Origin: a virus
Lineage: Duplodnaviria > Caudoviricetes
DNA length: 33,678 nucleotides
Virus record (IMG/VR): IMGVR_UViG_3300037458_001098
Location: 1 to 33,678 of that record
Direction: 5' to 3' (one strand)
A program made the translations under genes and the position numbers. The notes below the pieces were generated by a model. The model saw only the letters and a list, made by a program, of their open reading frames with translations, was not told the origin of the DNA and searched no databases. Positions 25,625 through 33,678 of this stretch are shown piece after piece (the stretch's first letter is position 1; each line of letters begins with the position of its first letter).

Positions 25625-25856
25625 CCTTGTATTTCTCCACAGCTTTCTTTACTGCTATTACGTCGATCGCAATCATGCTTTCTTTCCACGTCCACACAAT
25701 TACCGGGGAAACGATCCTATCGAAAAGATATTCTGCAATCGTTTTCACTATGAAAACTTTCACGCCACTCGCAGCTTCACCTAATAATTGGGCGATTGCG
25801 TACTTAATCAGTTGATCTTTCAGCAATCGCAGAAACGATCGTTCAGCAATATTCAT
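25575..25856 (-). CDS. Small amphipathic protein, possible lysis accessory
   Basis: 93 aa with hydrophobic stretches. Overlaps the lipoprotein gene as in Rz/Rz1 pairs. Confidence 0.45.
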   Translation of the reverse strand: MNIAERSFLRLLKDQLIKYAIAQLLGEAASGVKVFIVKTIAEYLFDRIVSPVIVWTWKESMIAIDVIAVKKAVEKYKDALAKIDRIDAFNNLP

Positions 25857-25859
25857 TTT

Positions 25860-26111
25860 CTACAAATCTACCTTGCCATTGATTTTATCAATCTGAGCGA
25901 CAATCAACTTGTCAATTTGAGGGCCAATCACTAGATAAAGATCGTCAAAGCTATTATCTGTAGCTTTCACATATCGTTGTAAACCTGCATTGATCTCTTT
26001 CCAAATCAAAAGCAAAGTTTCTTCGGCTACCATTAGGCCTTTTTCTTTCAACGATTGAAGTACAACGTCTAACTCTTGCTTAACTAAATTGTCTTTTTCT
26101 GCTGCTTCCAT
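25860..26111 (-). CDS. Hypothetical protein (83 aa) in the lysis region
   Basis: GAGGA RBS. LKEKGL.VAEE...DN.FDD...IDKING motif. Confidence 0.7.
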   Translation of the reverse strand: MEAAEKDNLVKQELDVVLQSLKEKGLMVAEETLLLIWKEINAGLQRYVKATDNSFDDLYLVIGPQIDKLIVAQIDKINGKVDL

Positions 26112-26118
26112 GCTTTCC

Positions 26119-26283
26119 TCATTTGTTAAAAATTATATTAGTAATATATCCTGCGACTGTTGCTACCGCTCCGGCAACTGCGTAAATCGAAGATAGACGA
26201 TTATCTACCCTCGATAACTTTTTCTCTAATTCGTCTATTCGACTGATGAGGTATTTTTCAAATTCGCTCATCCCTGGCGGCAT
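26119..26283 (-). CDS. XhlA-like small membrane protein / holin candidate (54 aa, not in the ORF track)
   Basis: MPPGMSEFEKYLISRIDELEKKLSRVDNRLSSIYAVAGAVATVAGYITNIIFNK*: coiled coil plus a C-terminal TM helix. GGAG RBS. Confidence 0.65.
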   Translation of the reverse strand: MPPGMSEFEKYLISRIDELEKKLSRVDNRLSSIYAVAGAVATVAGYITNIIFNK

Positions 26284-26303
26284 TTTTTACTCTCCGGTTA
26301 AAA

Positions 26304-26810
26304 TTAGATCCCTGTCCTACCAGGCCCAGTGATTGGGATTGCTGGCGCACTCTCTGGTAAATCAAGAGGATTAGTTTTCAGAATGTAATCATTGATAAAG
26401 TTTTCGATTTTGCTAATGTAAGTATCGAAACGAATTGAATCATGAGAAACAAGTCCAGTAGAGCGTCGGGCGGATTGAGAATTAACAATTTCTTGTTCGA
26501 TCAAATTAAACATTTGCAGGATAACGGCCAAATCGTCATTCTCTAACTGGCCCATGTCGGGCATAGATCCAAGATCAATTGTGAGAGGTGAGGTCTCGGG
26601 TAGGTCTAAAATCGGCTGTGATACCATCCAACTTTTAAATGCTTTGAGAGCTTCTAGGTAGGTAACCAATCTTTTAAGATCATGGCCATTTAACTCTGCC
26701 ACGTTTGATGAAATCGATTTTACAACTTCTTCTTTGAAACGTCGAAGTCTCCGAACTAAACTAGCAATGTCGTGATTTAAAACTTGTACTGCGCTCGAAT
26801 TTGTCGCCAT
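26304..26810 (-). CDS. Hypothetical all-helical protein with an internal tandem duplication
   Basis: Two ~70-aa repeats sharing N.D, E.V.S.S, HD..R..TY and LDLPE..P. AAGGAGG RBS. Confidence 0.8.
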   Translation of the reverse strand: MATNSSAVQVLNHDIASLVRRLRRFKEEVVKSISSNVAELNGHDLKRLVTYLEALKAFKSWMVSQPILDLPETSPLTIDLGSMPDMGQLENDDLAVILQMFNLIEQEIVNSQSARRSTGLVSHDSIRFDTYISKIENFINDYILKTNPLDLPESAPAIPITGPGRTGI

Positions 26811-26869
26811 TGATTTTCCTCCTTAAAATAAATGATCTCTGTCAGAAAATATTTTTTCTATCTTTGCAG

Positions 26870-26898
26870 ATTTTACTTGGAATCGGGACAATAGTAAA
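26870..26898 (-). promoter_or_regulatory. Putative sigma70 promoter for the 168-aa gene
   Basis: TTTACT (26893-26898), 17 bp spacer, TAAAAT (26870-26875). Confidence 0.5.
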
Positions 26899-27002
26899 TG
26901 ACTTACGAATCACGAGTTATTTTGTCAGCTTTTAGTGGATAGTATTAGCACAAAGTAACTGATAAAATTAATCGCACGGATGCAGCGAAGGCCATGGAAG
27001 GT

Positions 27003-27575
27003 CTAAACTAGCTTACGATATTTGTATGCCTCTAGAACCCTATGGCCTTTAGGGAAGTAAATTTCAAAGGCGTTGGGGTAACCGCCAATTGAAGCATTTA
27101 CTCTAGGCCTCATCACTTTGTTGTAAAATATCTCGTCCTTCAGGCCATATCGAACCATGAAGTAGTGGAGCAGTTTCGTGCTAGTGGGAATTTCGACGTT
27201 GCCATGATTCGTGACATACGTTGCCTTGTCACACTCTAAAGCTATGTCTAGATAGAGTAATGGGAGTAATGGAACGAACCACTCTCGCTTCATTCTCTGG
27301 AAGAAAATCCATCGCAGAGGATGGAGAGCGTGATGCCCTCGTGCTGGCAGCTTGCTTATCCCCTGTTTGTCAAAGGTAGCAAACCAGCAGAAAATACCAG
27401 TCCAATTGTCATGGGAAAAATTCTGTTGAGCTTTGCCCTCGTCGCCTCTATGTTCAAAATAAGATGATACAAATTGGTGAACTTGTATGATAGAAATTGG
27501 TGAATTAAGAAGCAAATCACGCTGACAGTCAAAAAGGATTTCATTCGTGGATAAATTAACTTTGGAAAAAGACAT
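27003..27575 (-). CDS. Hypothetical protein (190 aa; SHDN motif)
   Basis: Start MSFSKVNLSTNE at 27575 is supported by protein-level conservation of residues 7-24 in a second copy. The upstream extension in the track is the antisense shadow of the + ORF. Confidence 0.7.
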   Translation of the reverse strand: MSFSKVNLSTNEILFDCQRDLLLNSPISIIQVHQFVSSYFEHRGDEGKAQQNFSHDNWTGIFCWFATFDKQGISKLPARGHHALHPLRWIFFQRMKREWFVPLLPLLYLDIALECDKATYVTNHGNVEIPTSTKLLHYFMVRYGLKDEIFYNKVMRPRVNASIGGYPNAFEIYFPKGHRVLEAYKYRKLV

Positions 27576-27876
27576 TGTGCCTGCCCTTAATGAAGCTATG
27601 AGAACAATTCTTATCGCCATTGGCAAGGAAGTCAATGAAAACGAAAATCTCCCATATGATTCGGTGGGCATTTCGCCAGAGGGCGACGTTTTAGCGATAG
27701 GGTTTCAGCAAAATAGTAGTGCGTCCGTTTTAGCGATGATTGCCAAGGATAGTGAATCGCTTGATTTTTCCTTTAATGAACAAGTCGGAGCGTTTGAGGC
27801 ACTAACCTTTTTCATGGAAATTATTGAGAAAGTACCCTGCCGATGCAACATTATCCCGAATTTCAAGATCCAATAA
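27547..27876 (+). CDS. Acidic hypothetical protein, antisense to the late operon
   Basis: GTG start with AAGGA RBS (alternative ATG 27598). Fills a gap where no minus-strand gene is evident. Confidence 0.55.
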   Translation: MDKLTLEKDIVPALNEAMRTILIAIGKEVNENENLPYDSVGISPEGDVLAIGFQQNSSASVLAMIAKDSESLDFSFNEQVGAFEALTFFMEIIEKVPCRCNIIPNFKIQ

Positions 27877-29011
27877 CCTGAACATGGTACTCAGCTATTC
27901 CCTTTAACTTCGCAATCCAGTTTACCCAAAGCCAATCGCCGGTACTGACGTTTTGTGATCCGTCGCTTTTGATGACGGCCGCTGCTTCTACGAATTGAAC
28001 CCCTGCCTCTGTTATTGTTGCTGGCGTGGTTAATATTGAAATGTCGCCAGTTCCTGCGTTCAAATGAGCTAAACTTCCTTTTCTAATATCAAGAGTGGCG
28101 GTTGATCCGGTAGTTCCAACTGATAGCTTAGTTAAGTTTACAGTGGTGATTGTGAAACTGGCCGGACATTTAAACAGAAAGCGGCCGTTTGCCCAAGTCT
28201 GTGCTTTTTTGAATATTAAGTTAAGCAAGATTGCTTTTGGCGAAGTTTCTGAATCACCTCCACCGTTTATTACTAATGAATGTGAGTGTACAAATGTGTG
28301 GTTATGTCCTGAGCCGACTGAAGATAGTTGAGCATTTGCCCCGGAAGTGTGGTAGTCGCTGGGAATAGTATAAATGTTAGTTCCACCTGCAGGCGAGCCA
28401 GAAAAAACTCTGGAATGTCCAATTCCCACCCATTGCCCAGACGTTTTCCACGATCCACTGCTTGCTGCTAGTGTTGTTGCTGCTCCATCTATGTCGTAAG
28501 ACTGGTCGGCCGTTGTTGCGTTTTCTTTTTTATACCACTGATGGCTATGGTAACCACTGGTCGAGGTATTTATCAATCCACTCAAACTAGGCGTCACGCC
28601 TGTAAATTGATTCACTGGCAGTTTAGTCTGATCTTCCGTAGTGATTACTGTACTAGTAAAAGGCCCATATGTTAGCGCCATTCTCAAAAATCTGCTTCTA
28701 GCGTTTGGTGTTGCTCTTGAATATCCTCCACCATCTACCCATGTGCCTGTTCCGTCTGCTCTGATCCATGTCGCCGACATACCTTGAATATAGGCCTGAT
28801 CTTCTGTTTCCCATGTCCAGATAGCGCTACCAACTGGTATTTCAGAGAAACGGATAATGTCATTAAATACTACCGTTTGATTCACTCCACCAGCAAGCTG
28901 AGATATTCTCGCTTCGTGATCGTCTAGATTATTTTTGATCCTCGTCATTAAACTTTCTTTGACTGGTTTTCCTGCTTGCACTTCCGCTAAATTGATAGGT
29001 GTATATGCCAC
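27863..29011 (-). CDS. Tail fibre / collar-like protein
   Basis: N-terminal anchor-type helix (AGKPVKESLMTRIKNNLDDHEARI), collar-like PVGSAI...WIRADG...PNARSRFLR, HSH/HNH repeats and GDSETSPK. Confidence 0.75.
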   Translation of the reverse strand: MAYTPINLAEVQAGKPVKESLMTRIKNNLDDHEARISQLAGGVNQTVVFNDIIRFSEIPVGSAIWTWETEDQAYIQGMSATWIRADGTGTWVDGGGYSRATPNARSRFLRMALTYGPFTSTVITTEDQTKLPVNQFTGVTPSLSGLINTSTSGYHSHQWYKKENATTADQSYDIDGAATTLAASSGSWKTSGQWVGIGHSRVFSGSPAGGTNIYTIPSDYHTSGANAQLSSVGSGHNHTFVHSHSLVINGGGDSETSPKAILLNLIFKKAQTWANGRFLFKCPASFTITTVNLTKLSVGTTGSTATLDIRKGSLAHLNAGTGDISILTTPATITEAGVQFVEAAAVIKSDGSQNVSTGDWLWVNWIAKLKGIAEYHVQVIGS

Positions 29012-29022
29012 AAAACTCTCCT

Positions 29023-31599
29023 CTAAAATATTAAGTTCTTGCCCTTGCTTAGTCCGTCAGTCTCAGTGACGCCCAAATCGTCCGTGATGAAACTATAATC
29101 TAGAATATCATCGTCGTTCGAAACTGAATACTCGCCTGCTGTATCTGGAGTAATGATGGCCCTTCGTGCGAACGTGTTACCCAGATCAGCTAGCACAAGA
29201 CCTATTTCCTCACCTGACTTTTTAAGTTCTATCACTAGCATAAATCTAGAATTATCGGTTACGTCTAGGAATGTTCTAGGTAGATTTTTAAATGTCACTT
29301 TAACAACGTCCAGTAGGTTTAAATTATAGTACCTGTTATCCACTCGGCACTGCAAAACAGTATTTAGGTACTGCGACATTAATAATTTTCTATTTGCTAC
29401 GGCCCTAGCATCGTCCAGATTCAAAAAGCTAGATTTCATCTCGTAAGTAGCAGAGCTATCAAGTAGAATATTAAAATCATCTGCCCGGAAAAATACTTGT
29501 TTCGAATCAGTATTTACGGCCGCATCTAATTGCCTGTGGTCGTAGCTAACGTTTACTTCTCGATAGAGGGAATTACGTTCAATTTTTGATCCCCAACTAA
29601 TAACGTCGTAGTCAGTGAGGTAAATTGGCATGACCTCGAAGTCTCTCGACAGATCAAATATTTTATAGCTGAATTTAAAATCATTTTTTACAAACAAAGT
29701 ACCACTTAAGCTCTCATTAACTTCATTGAGGAGAGTTAAAAGTTTAGGCATATTCTTTTGTGCTGGTGAAATTGGGGCAACGAGGGAAACAATTTGTCTA
29801 TTTTCACTGGCCAGTAGATCGAAGCTATTATCAATATTACCGCCAAATCCAGCCTCTAATAACTGCTGCTTGATAAACTGCATTCCTGTATTAATCCAAA
29901 CACCACTTGATAGGCCATTTTCCGTCTCGCCAATCACGTCTGCTGACAAATAAACATCATTAGTAATGGGAGTAATTTTTATCAACCGAATACCAGGCGA
30001 CGAAACTCCCACGGCCAGATTAGTTACTAAACGGATTCTTGTAGACGTTGTGTCTGACGTTACGCTTGCCACTTCGTATTTTTGACCACCAAATATCAAG
30101 TAATCTCTTGGTGAAACCAATTCAAGCAATAGGTCATCGATGGCGCTTCTTGTGACGACATTAGTTCCCGATGTGCCATTCCATGTTGCGCCTAAATCGA
30201 TTGTAACGGGATTTCTGCCCACCGATTCAAATTGCCTATTAACTGTTACATAGCATCCATGATCGTCACTGTTTTCTATAAGGTAATTGTTTCTATCGAG
30301 GGGAATTTCTTTCGATAAGAAAAACATTTTGCTAATTGGTGGCCGTATGACTTGGTTAGTCGTTGCAAGGGCAATTGGTACTGACTGATTCAAAGAAATA
30401 TTATTAGCAAAAATTGAAGTTATCGTTCTAGTGTAGTAGACTGAGTCAATTCGCACTTCTACAATGTCGCCAACTAGTAAATCTCTAACACTGTCCACTT
30501 CGTAAATAGTCGCCGCCGGTTGAAGAATAATCGTACAAATTGTTTGGCGCAGAGGCCTCGCGGAAACATTATGTACCCGATTAAATATAGGACTAATGCT
30601 TTTATAAACGCACTCACTCGATCCAGTTTCATTTGACGCTGCGTTTTCCTCAACTTTGAGAGAAGTGTTGCTGATTACCTCAACCACTAAATGCTCGACG
30701 CCTTTATTAATGATTAATGTGTCGCCGGAGCTAATCTCACTTAGATAGTTCGTGCTGGTACCGGTTACAGTGTTACCTCCAAGCGTGATTGAGGAGGTAC
30801 CTGACAAGGTGTACCTGTCAGATTCAAGAGCAGAAATATTTACCAATCGTAGGCCATTTACCCTGCCCCATAGACGAGATTTGTAGATCCCAAGATTCCC
30901 TGTCACAAGGCCTGTTACGTTGTAGCTAGTGGCCGTGAGTGTTTCAGATTGGATATTCCTGTTTAGTAGATTTAGGTTGTTGCTGATTTTAAAATTGATC
31001 GTGTCGTTATCCCAGTCTTTTCCCGATACCACTCCATCGTAAATTAGCATTGCTTCTGTTTCGGGTAAATCTCTGGCCCATGAATATAGTTGGCATTTTT
31101 GCCCCTCGAAAATTAGATTAGCGAATGAATCGTTAAAGTATCCGTCTAAATTTTGCAAGCGAAATGCCCCTGCGCCAATGATTGCTACGCCTGAGCTTCC
31201 TTCTACTTTTGAATTGAAGGCGCTGCCTAGAATTAGTCGGTTAATATACTCAAATACTATCCCGTCGTCGGTTAAATCCCAGGATAACTCACAGGGAGAA
31301 GTTGAAAATAAATGGCGAGTGGTGGCGACGTACTCGTTTGAGGTAATTGAATCATCATTGACGTAAAGTTTTTTGGCAGAAATGTCGTAATAAAATTGGG
31401 AAGTGGAGAGGCCTACCATGGTAGAGGAAGCGGTTAGTGCTGTGTAGTTTTTGTGTAATTCTGTTACGATATCTGGGATAACTGCACTGTAAATGTCACC
31501 GCCTTCGTCAGTCCACCCAAACACAAATCGCTTCGAGTTTAAGTGGCATAACGTGATTTTCTCGCTCGATCGTCGCAATCCAAAGTTACCATAACTCAT
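29023..31599 (-). CDS. Large tail tip / baseplate hub-like protein (858 aa)
   Basis: LQNLDGYF...IYDGVV...INFKI hub-like N-terminus, beta-rich middle, C-terminal LNLLDVVKV. Located in the tail region. Confidence 0.65.
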   Translation of the reverse strand: MSYGNFGLRRSSEKITLCHLNSKRFVFGWTDEGGDIYSAVIPDIVTELHKNYTALTASSTMVGLSTSQFYYDISAKKLYVNDDSITSNEYVATTRHLFSTSPCELSWDLTDDGIVFEYINRLILGSAFNSKVEGSSGVAIIGAGAFRLQNLDGYFNDSFANLIFEGQKCQLYSWARDLPETEAMLIYDGVVSGKDWDNDTINFKISNNLNLLNRNIQSETLTATSYNVTGLVTGNLGIYKSRLWGRVNGLRLVNISALESDRYTLSGTSSITLGGNTVTGTSTNYLSEISSGDTLIINKGVEHLVVEVISNTSLKVEENAASNETGSSECVYKSISPIFNRVHNVSARPLRQTICTIILQPAATIYEVDSVRDLLVGDIVEVRIDSVYYTRTITSIFANNISLNQSVPIALATTNQVIRPPISKMFFLSKEIPLDRNNYLIENSDDHGCYVTVNRQFESVGRNPVTIDLGATWNGTSGTNVVTRSAIDDLLLELVSPRDYLIFGGQKYEVASVTSDTTSTRIRLVTNLAVGVSSPGIRLIKITPITNDVYLSADVIGETENGLSSGVWINTGMQFIKQQLLEAGFGGNIDNSFDLLASENRQIVSLVAPISPAQKNMPKLLTLLNEVNESLSGTLFVKNDFKFSYKIFDLSRDFEVMPIYLTDYDVISWGSKIERNSLYREVNVSYDHRQLDAAVNTDSKQVFFRADDFNILLDSSATYEMKSSFLNLDDARAVANRKLLMSQYLNTVLQCRVDNRYYNLNLLDVVKVTFKNLPRTFLDVTDNSRFMLVIELKKSGEEIGLVLADLGNTFARRAIITPDTAGEYSVSNDDDILDYSFITDDLGVTETDGLSKGKNLIF

Positions 31600-31673
31600 T
31601 CAGTCGCCCCCGGCGCATTAAGCAGTAAATCACGTTGACAGTCAAAAAGAATCTCGTTGGTGGAGAGGTTCAT
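31596..31673 (-). CDS. 25-aa mini-ORF MNLSTNEILFDCQRDLLLNAPGATE (copy of the N-terminus of 27003..27575)
   Basis: Starts 1 nt after the fibre stop and its TGA overlaps the hub ATG. 18 residues identical to those encoded at 27504-27557. Confidence 0.65.
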   Translation of the reverse strand: MNLSTNEILFDCQRDLLLNAPGATE

Positions 31674-31674
31674 G

Positions 31675-33678
31675 CTAGAACTCCGCCGATGCTGTCCACT
31701 TCGCAGCGTCGAAGTAGCCGTTAGCATTATGTGTCCCTGCAAGTACAAAACTTTCGGCCGTTACGCCTGTAGCTCCTGCCGCATAGAAAGAATCCGTTTG
31801 TGCCCCACCGTAAACGCCTGCGTTAAAGTTGGATGTAACCCTGTTAGCTGTTCCTGCTACATATGAATTTATCGTAATAGTTGTGGGCGCAACTCTCATG
31901 GTAACAGGAAACGGGATGTAACTAAATGTTCTGTACGCCCCACCTCCGTCTGCCGTCGGCTGCACCAGCGCAAAAGACTCACCTTTTACATAATACCTCT
32001 GCGCCATCGCCAGTTCCCCGGCGATATTTCCACCAGCTAAGGAAAATGGTGTTGCCACCGAACCGATTTCTAGCTTCACTTCCGCAATGTCGAAAGTGCC
32101 GGATTGTTGACCGAGGGACGCGGTTCGGGCGTTGAAGTCGGAGCCTGCGTCGAACCAGAAATCTAAGCTAAAGCGTGTTGTATGGATTCCGTCTGTCCCC
32201 AGTGTTTTACCAATAATACTTGGTATGGCAACCGTAATCACTTTTTTTTGCCAAGTTGTAGTCAAAGCAATCTTCTGTGCCCCAATTCCGCTTACTGATG
32301 AGGAGGGGGAACCACCAGTCCCAAAAACTTGAAAAAATTCGACTGCGATATTTTTCGAGGCATCAGCTTTCGCCCAAAACGATAGCGTGACTGTCTTTCC
32401 TGCGGTGATTGCAACATTTTCAAAGTTGTGTATCTTCTGACAATTGTTTGTAACACCCGCCACGGTGCTAACAATAGTCCTTGAGTAGTAAGGAGCGTTG
32501 AAAAAAACTCTCTCTGTGTCGGTTGATGTTTGCCTTGAGTGTGTTTTAGTAGTACCTCCGTGAATATTACTCCACCTATCATCACTACCATACCCACTCG
32601 TCGTCTGCGATGTTCCCCTCTGCCACAAATCAAACCCACCGTTGATAATCAAATTAGGATTCGATACCGCACTCACCTTCTGCAATACCGTCTCCTCAAG
32701 GCCTATCGTCTGATTGCCTGTGTTGAGCTTCGCGAGGGAGAAACGTTGAGAGTTAAACGAACCAATTATGGTATTATTGTCAGAGTCTATATTGTATTGT
32801 CGTGTGTAGATAGCAATCACGTCCCCTTTGACGAAATGATGAGCGGCCATAGACAAATCAGGCGTTGCGTTTTGCCCTGGATTGTTAAAATTAGTTCCAT
32901 CAAAGCATTGATAAAGTATAGAGCCATTTTTCCAAATTTGAATATTCCCTCTGTAAACATCGTGATCGGGGTCGCTGTTGTATCTAACTTGCGCCGAAAG
33001 AGAGTAATACCCACTCTCAGGGATAGTTAGCTGACTATTAGCTGCGTCCCAGATATTCGCAGGATTTTTTACCACCGCCCAGTTAGTGACTTTTGTGTCA
33101 ACTTCATGCGGAATACTCTGCGTACTCCCATTCCCCTCCAGAACCAGAACCACGTCCCTACCAGGCATCGTCTCGCTCATCACGACGTTGCTGCTCCAGC
33201 CGGCGATGGGGGGGGTGATGATAGTTCCCCTTATTGTAGAGCCTGCCAAGACGTCTTGACCGGAAAGTATATACGCTTGGTTGATCTTATACATGCCTAT
33301 TCCATTAAAGCTGGCAGTCGCAGCAAGGACAACTCCGCCGAAGGCAGAAATTGTATTGTACGACGTTCCATAGCTTATTAATGTCCCCGGAGATATTGAA
33401 TGTCCGTTAGGCAGCGAGAAGGTAACTGCATCGGTACCGATACCATTCGTTCCGTCTTTAACAAAACTGATAGTTATTTCCATTGAATCCCCAACTCTCC
33501 GCCAGGCGCCTGCTAGAGTAGTCGCGCCACCGGCCCCCAAGCCACTAACCGTCGGCGTGTACGCTACCCAGTCCGTGATGGGGGAGCCGATCGCCATGCC
33601 ACTATCGGTTATTTTTGCCAGTAATTTAATAGTGTAAGCATCCGCATTTGTAGTAGCACAATGAAATATTAAACGGTA
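31675..33678 (-). CDS. Mosaic tail fibre / receptor-binding protein (5'-truncated by the window edge)
   Basis: Frame is open to the edge (YRLIFHCATTNADAYTIK...). Modules: TDWVAYTPT/WRRVGD, C1q-like TIPESGYY, CBM-like NLIINGGFDLWQRG, and ELAMAQRYY...FPVTMRVAPT...ASAEF. Confidence 0.85.
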   Translation of the reverse strand, partial: YRLIFHCATTNADAYTIKLLAKITDSGMAIGSPITDWVAYTPTVSGLGAGGATTLAGAWRRVGDSMEITISFVKDGTNGIGTDAVTFSLPNGHSISPGTLISYGTSYNTISAFGGVVLAATASFNGIGMYKINQAYILSGQDVLAGSTIRGTIITPPIAGWSSNVVMSETMPGRDVVLVLEGNGSTQSIPHEVDTKVTNWAVVKNPANIWDAANSQLTIPESGYYSLSAQVRYNSDPDHDVYRGNIQIWKNGSILYQCFDGTNFNNPGQNATPDLSMAAHHFVKGDVIAIYTRQYNIDSDNNTIIGSFNSQRFSLAKLNTGNQTIGLEETVLQKVSAVSNPNLIINGGFDLWQRGTSQTTSGYGSDDRWSNIHGGTTKTHSRQTSTDTERVFFNAPYYSRTIVSTVAGVTNNCQKIHNFENVAITAGKTVTLSFWAKADASKNIAVEFFQVFGTGGSPSSSVSGIGAQKIALTTTWQKKVITVAIPSIIGKTLGTDGIHTTRFSLDFWFDAGSDFNARTASLGQQSGTFDIAEVKLEIGSVATPFSLAGGNIAGELAMAQRYYVKGESFALVQPTADGGGAYRTFSYIPFPVTMRVAPTTITINSYVAGTANRVTSNFNAGVYGGAQTDSFYAAGATGVTAESFVLAGTHNANGYFDAAKWTASAEF

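Noticed and set aside
27504-31670. Diversity-generating retroelement TR/VR pair near the tail fibre
   Set aside because: No reverse transcriptase. The differences are synonymous and not adenine-specific, and the copy lies outside the fibre ORF.
1-33678. Alternative genetic code, tRNA genes
   Set aside because: Core genes are intact in code 11 and use TAA, TAG and TGA as stops. No cloverleaf/T-loop motif was found by eye.

Overview
The window is most of a tailed dsDNA phage genome (Caudoviricetes; siphovirus-like, since there is a tail tube and no sheath) and appears circularly permuted. The minus-strand late operon runs terS-terL-portal-scaffold-capsid-neck-tail tube-chaperone G/GT (-1 frameshift at GGGAAAC)-tape measure off the left edge. 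It re-enters at the right edge as tail fibre-hub-fibre-lysis-like genes. The middle holds a replication module (O-like initiator with internal iterons, P-loop helicase), recombination genes (SSB, RecT/Bet, VRR-NUC), an amidase, two HNH nucleases, ParB plus a DNA adenine methylase, and an accessory cluster (MazG-like, a secreted SGHY toxin-like domain, a Tad1-like sponge). No integrase, tRNA, CRISPR array or reverse transcriptase was seen. The most notable unannotated signals are: (1) a 25-codon mini-ORF between the fibre and hub genes that encodes the same 18 residues as the N-terminus of a gene 4.1 kb away, with only synonymous differences; (2) a ~550-bp non-coding region with nested stems, 5x9-bp repeats and twin TTGACA palindromes; (3) an independently expressed 168-aa protein with an internal tandem duplication. 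All family calls come from motif recognition, not database searches.
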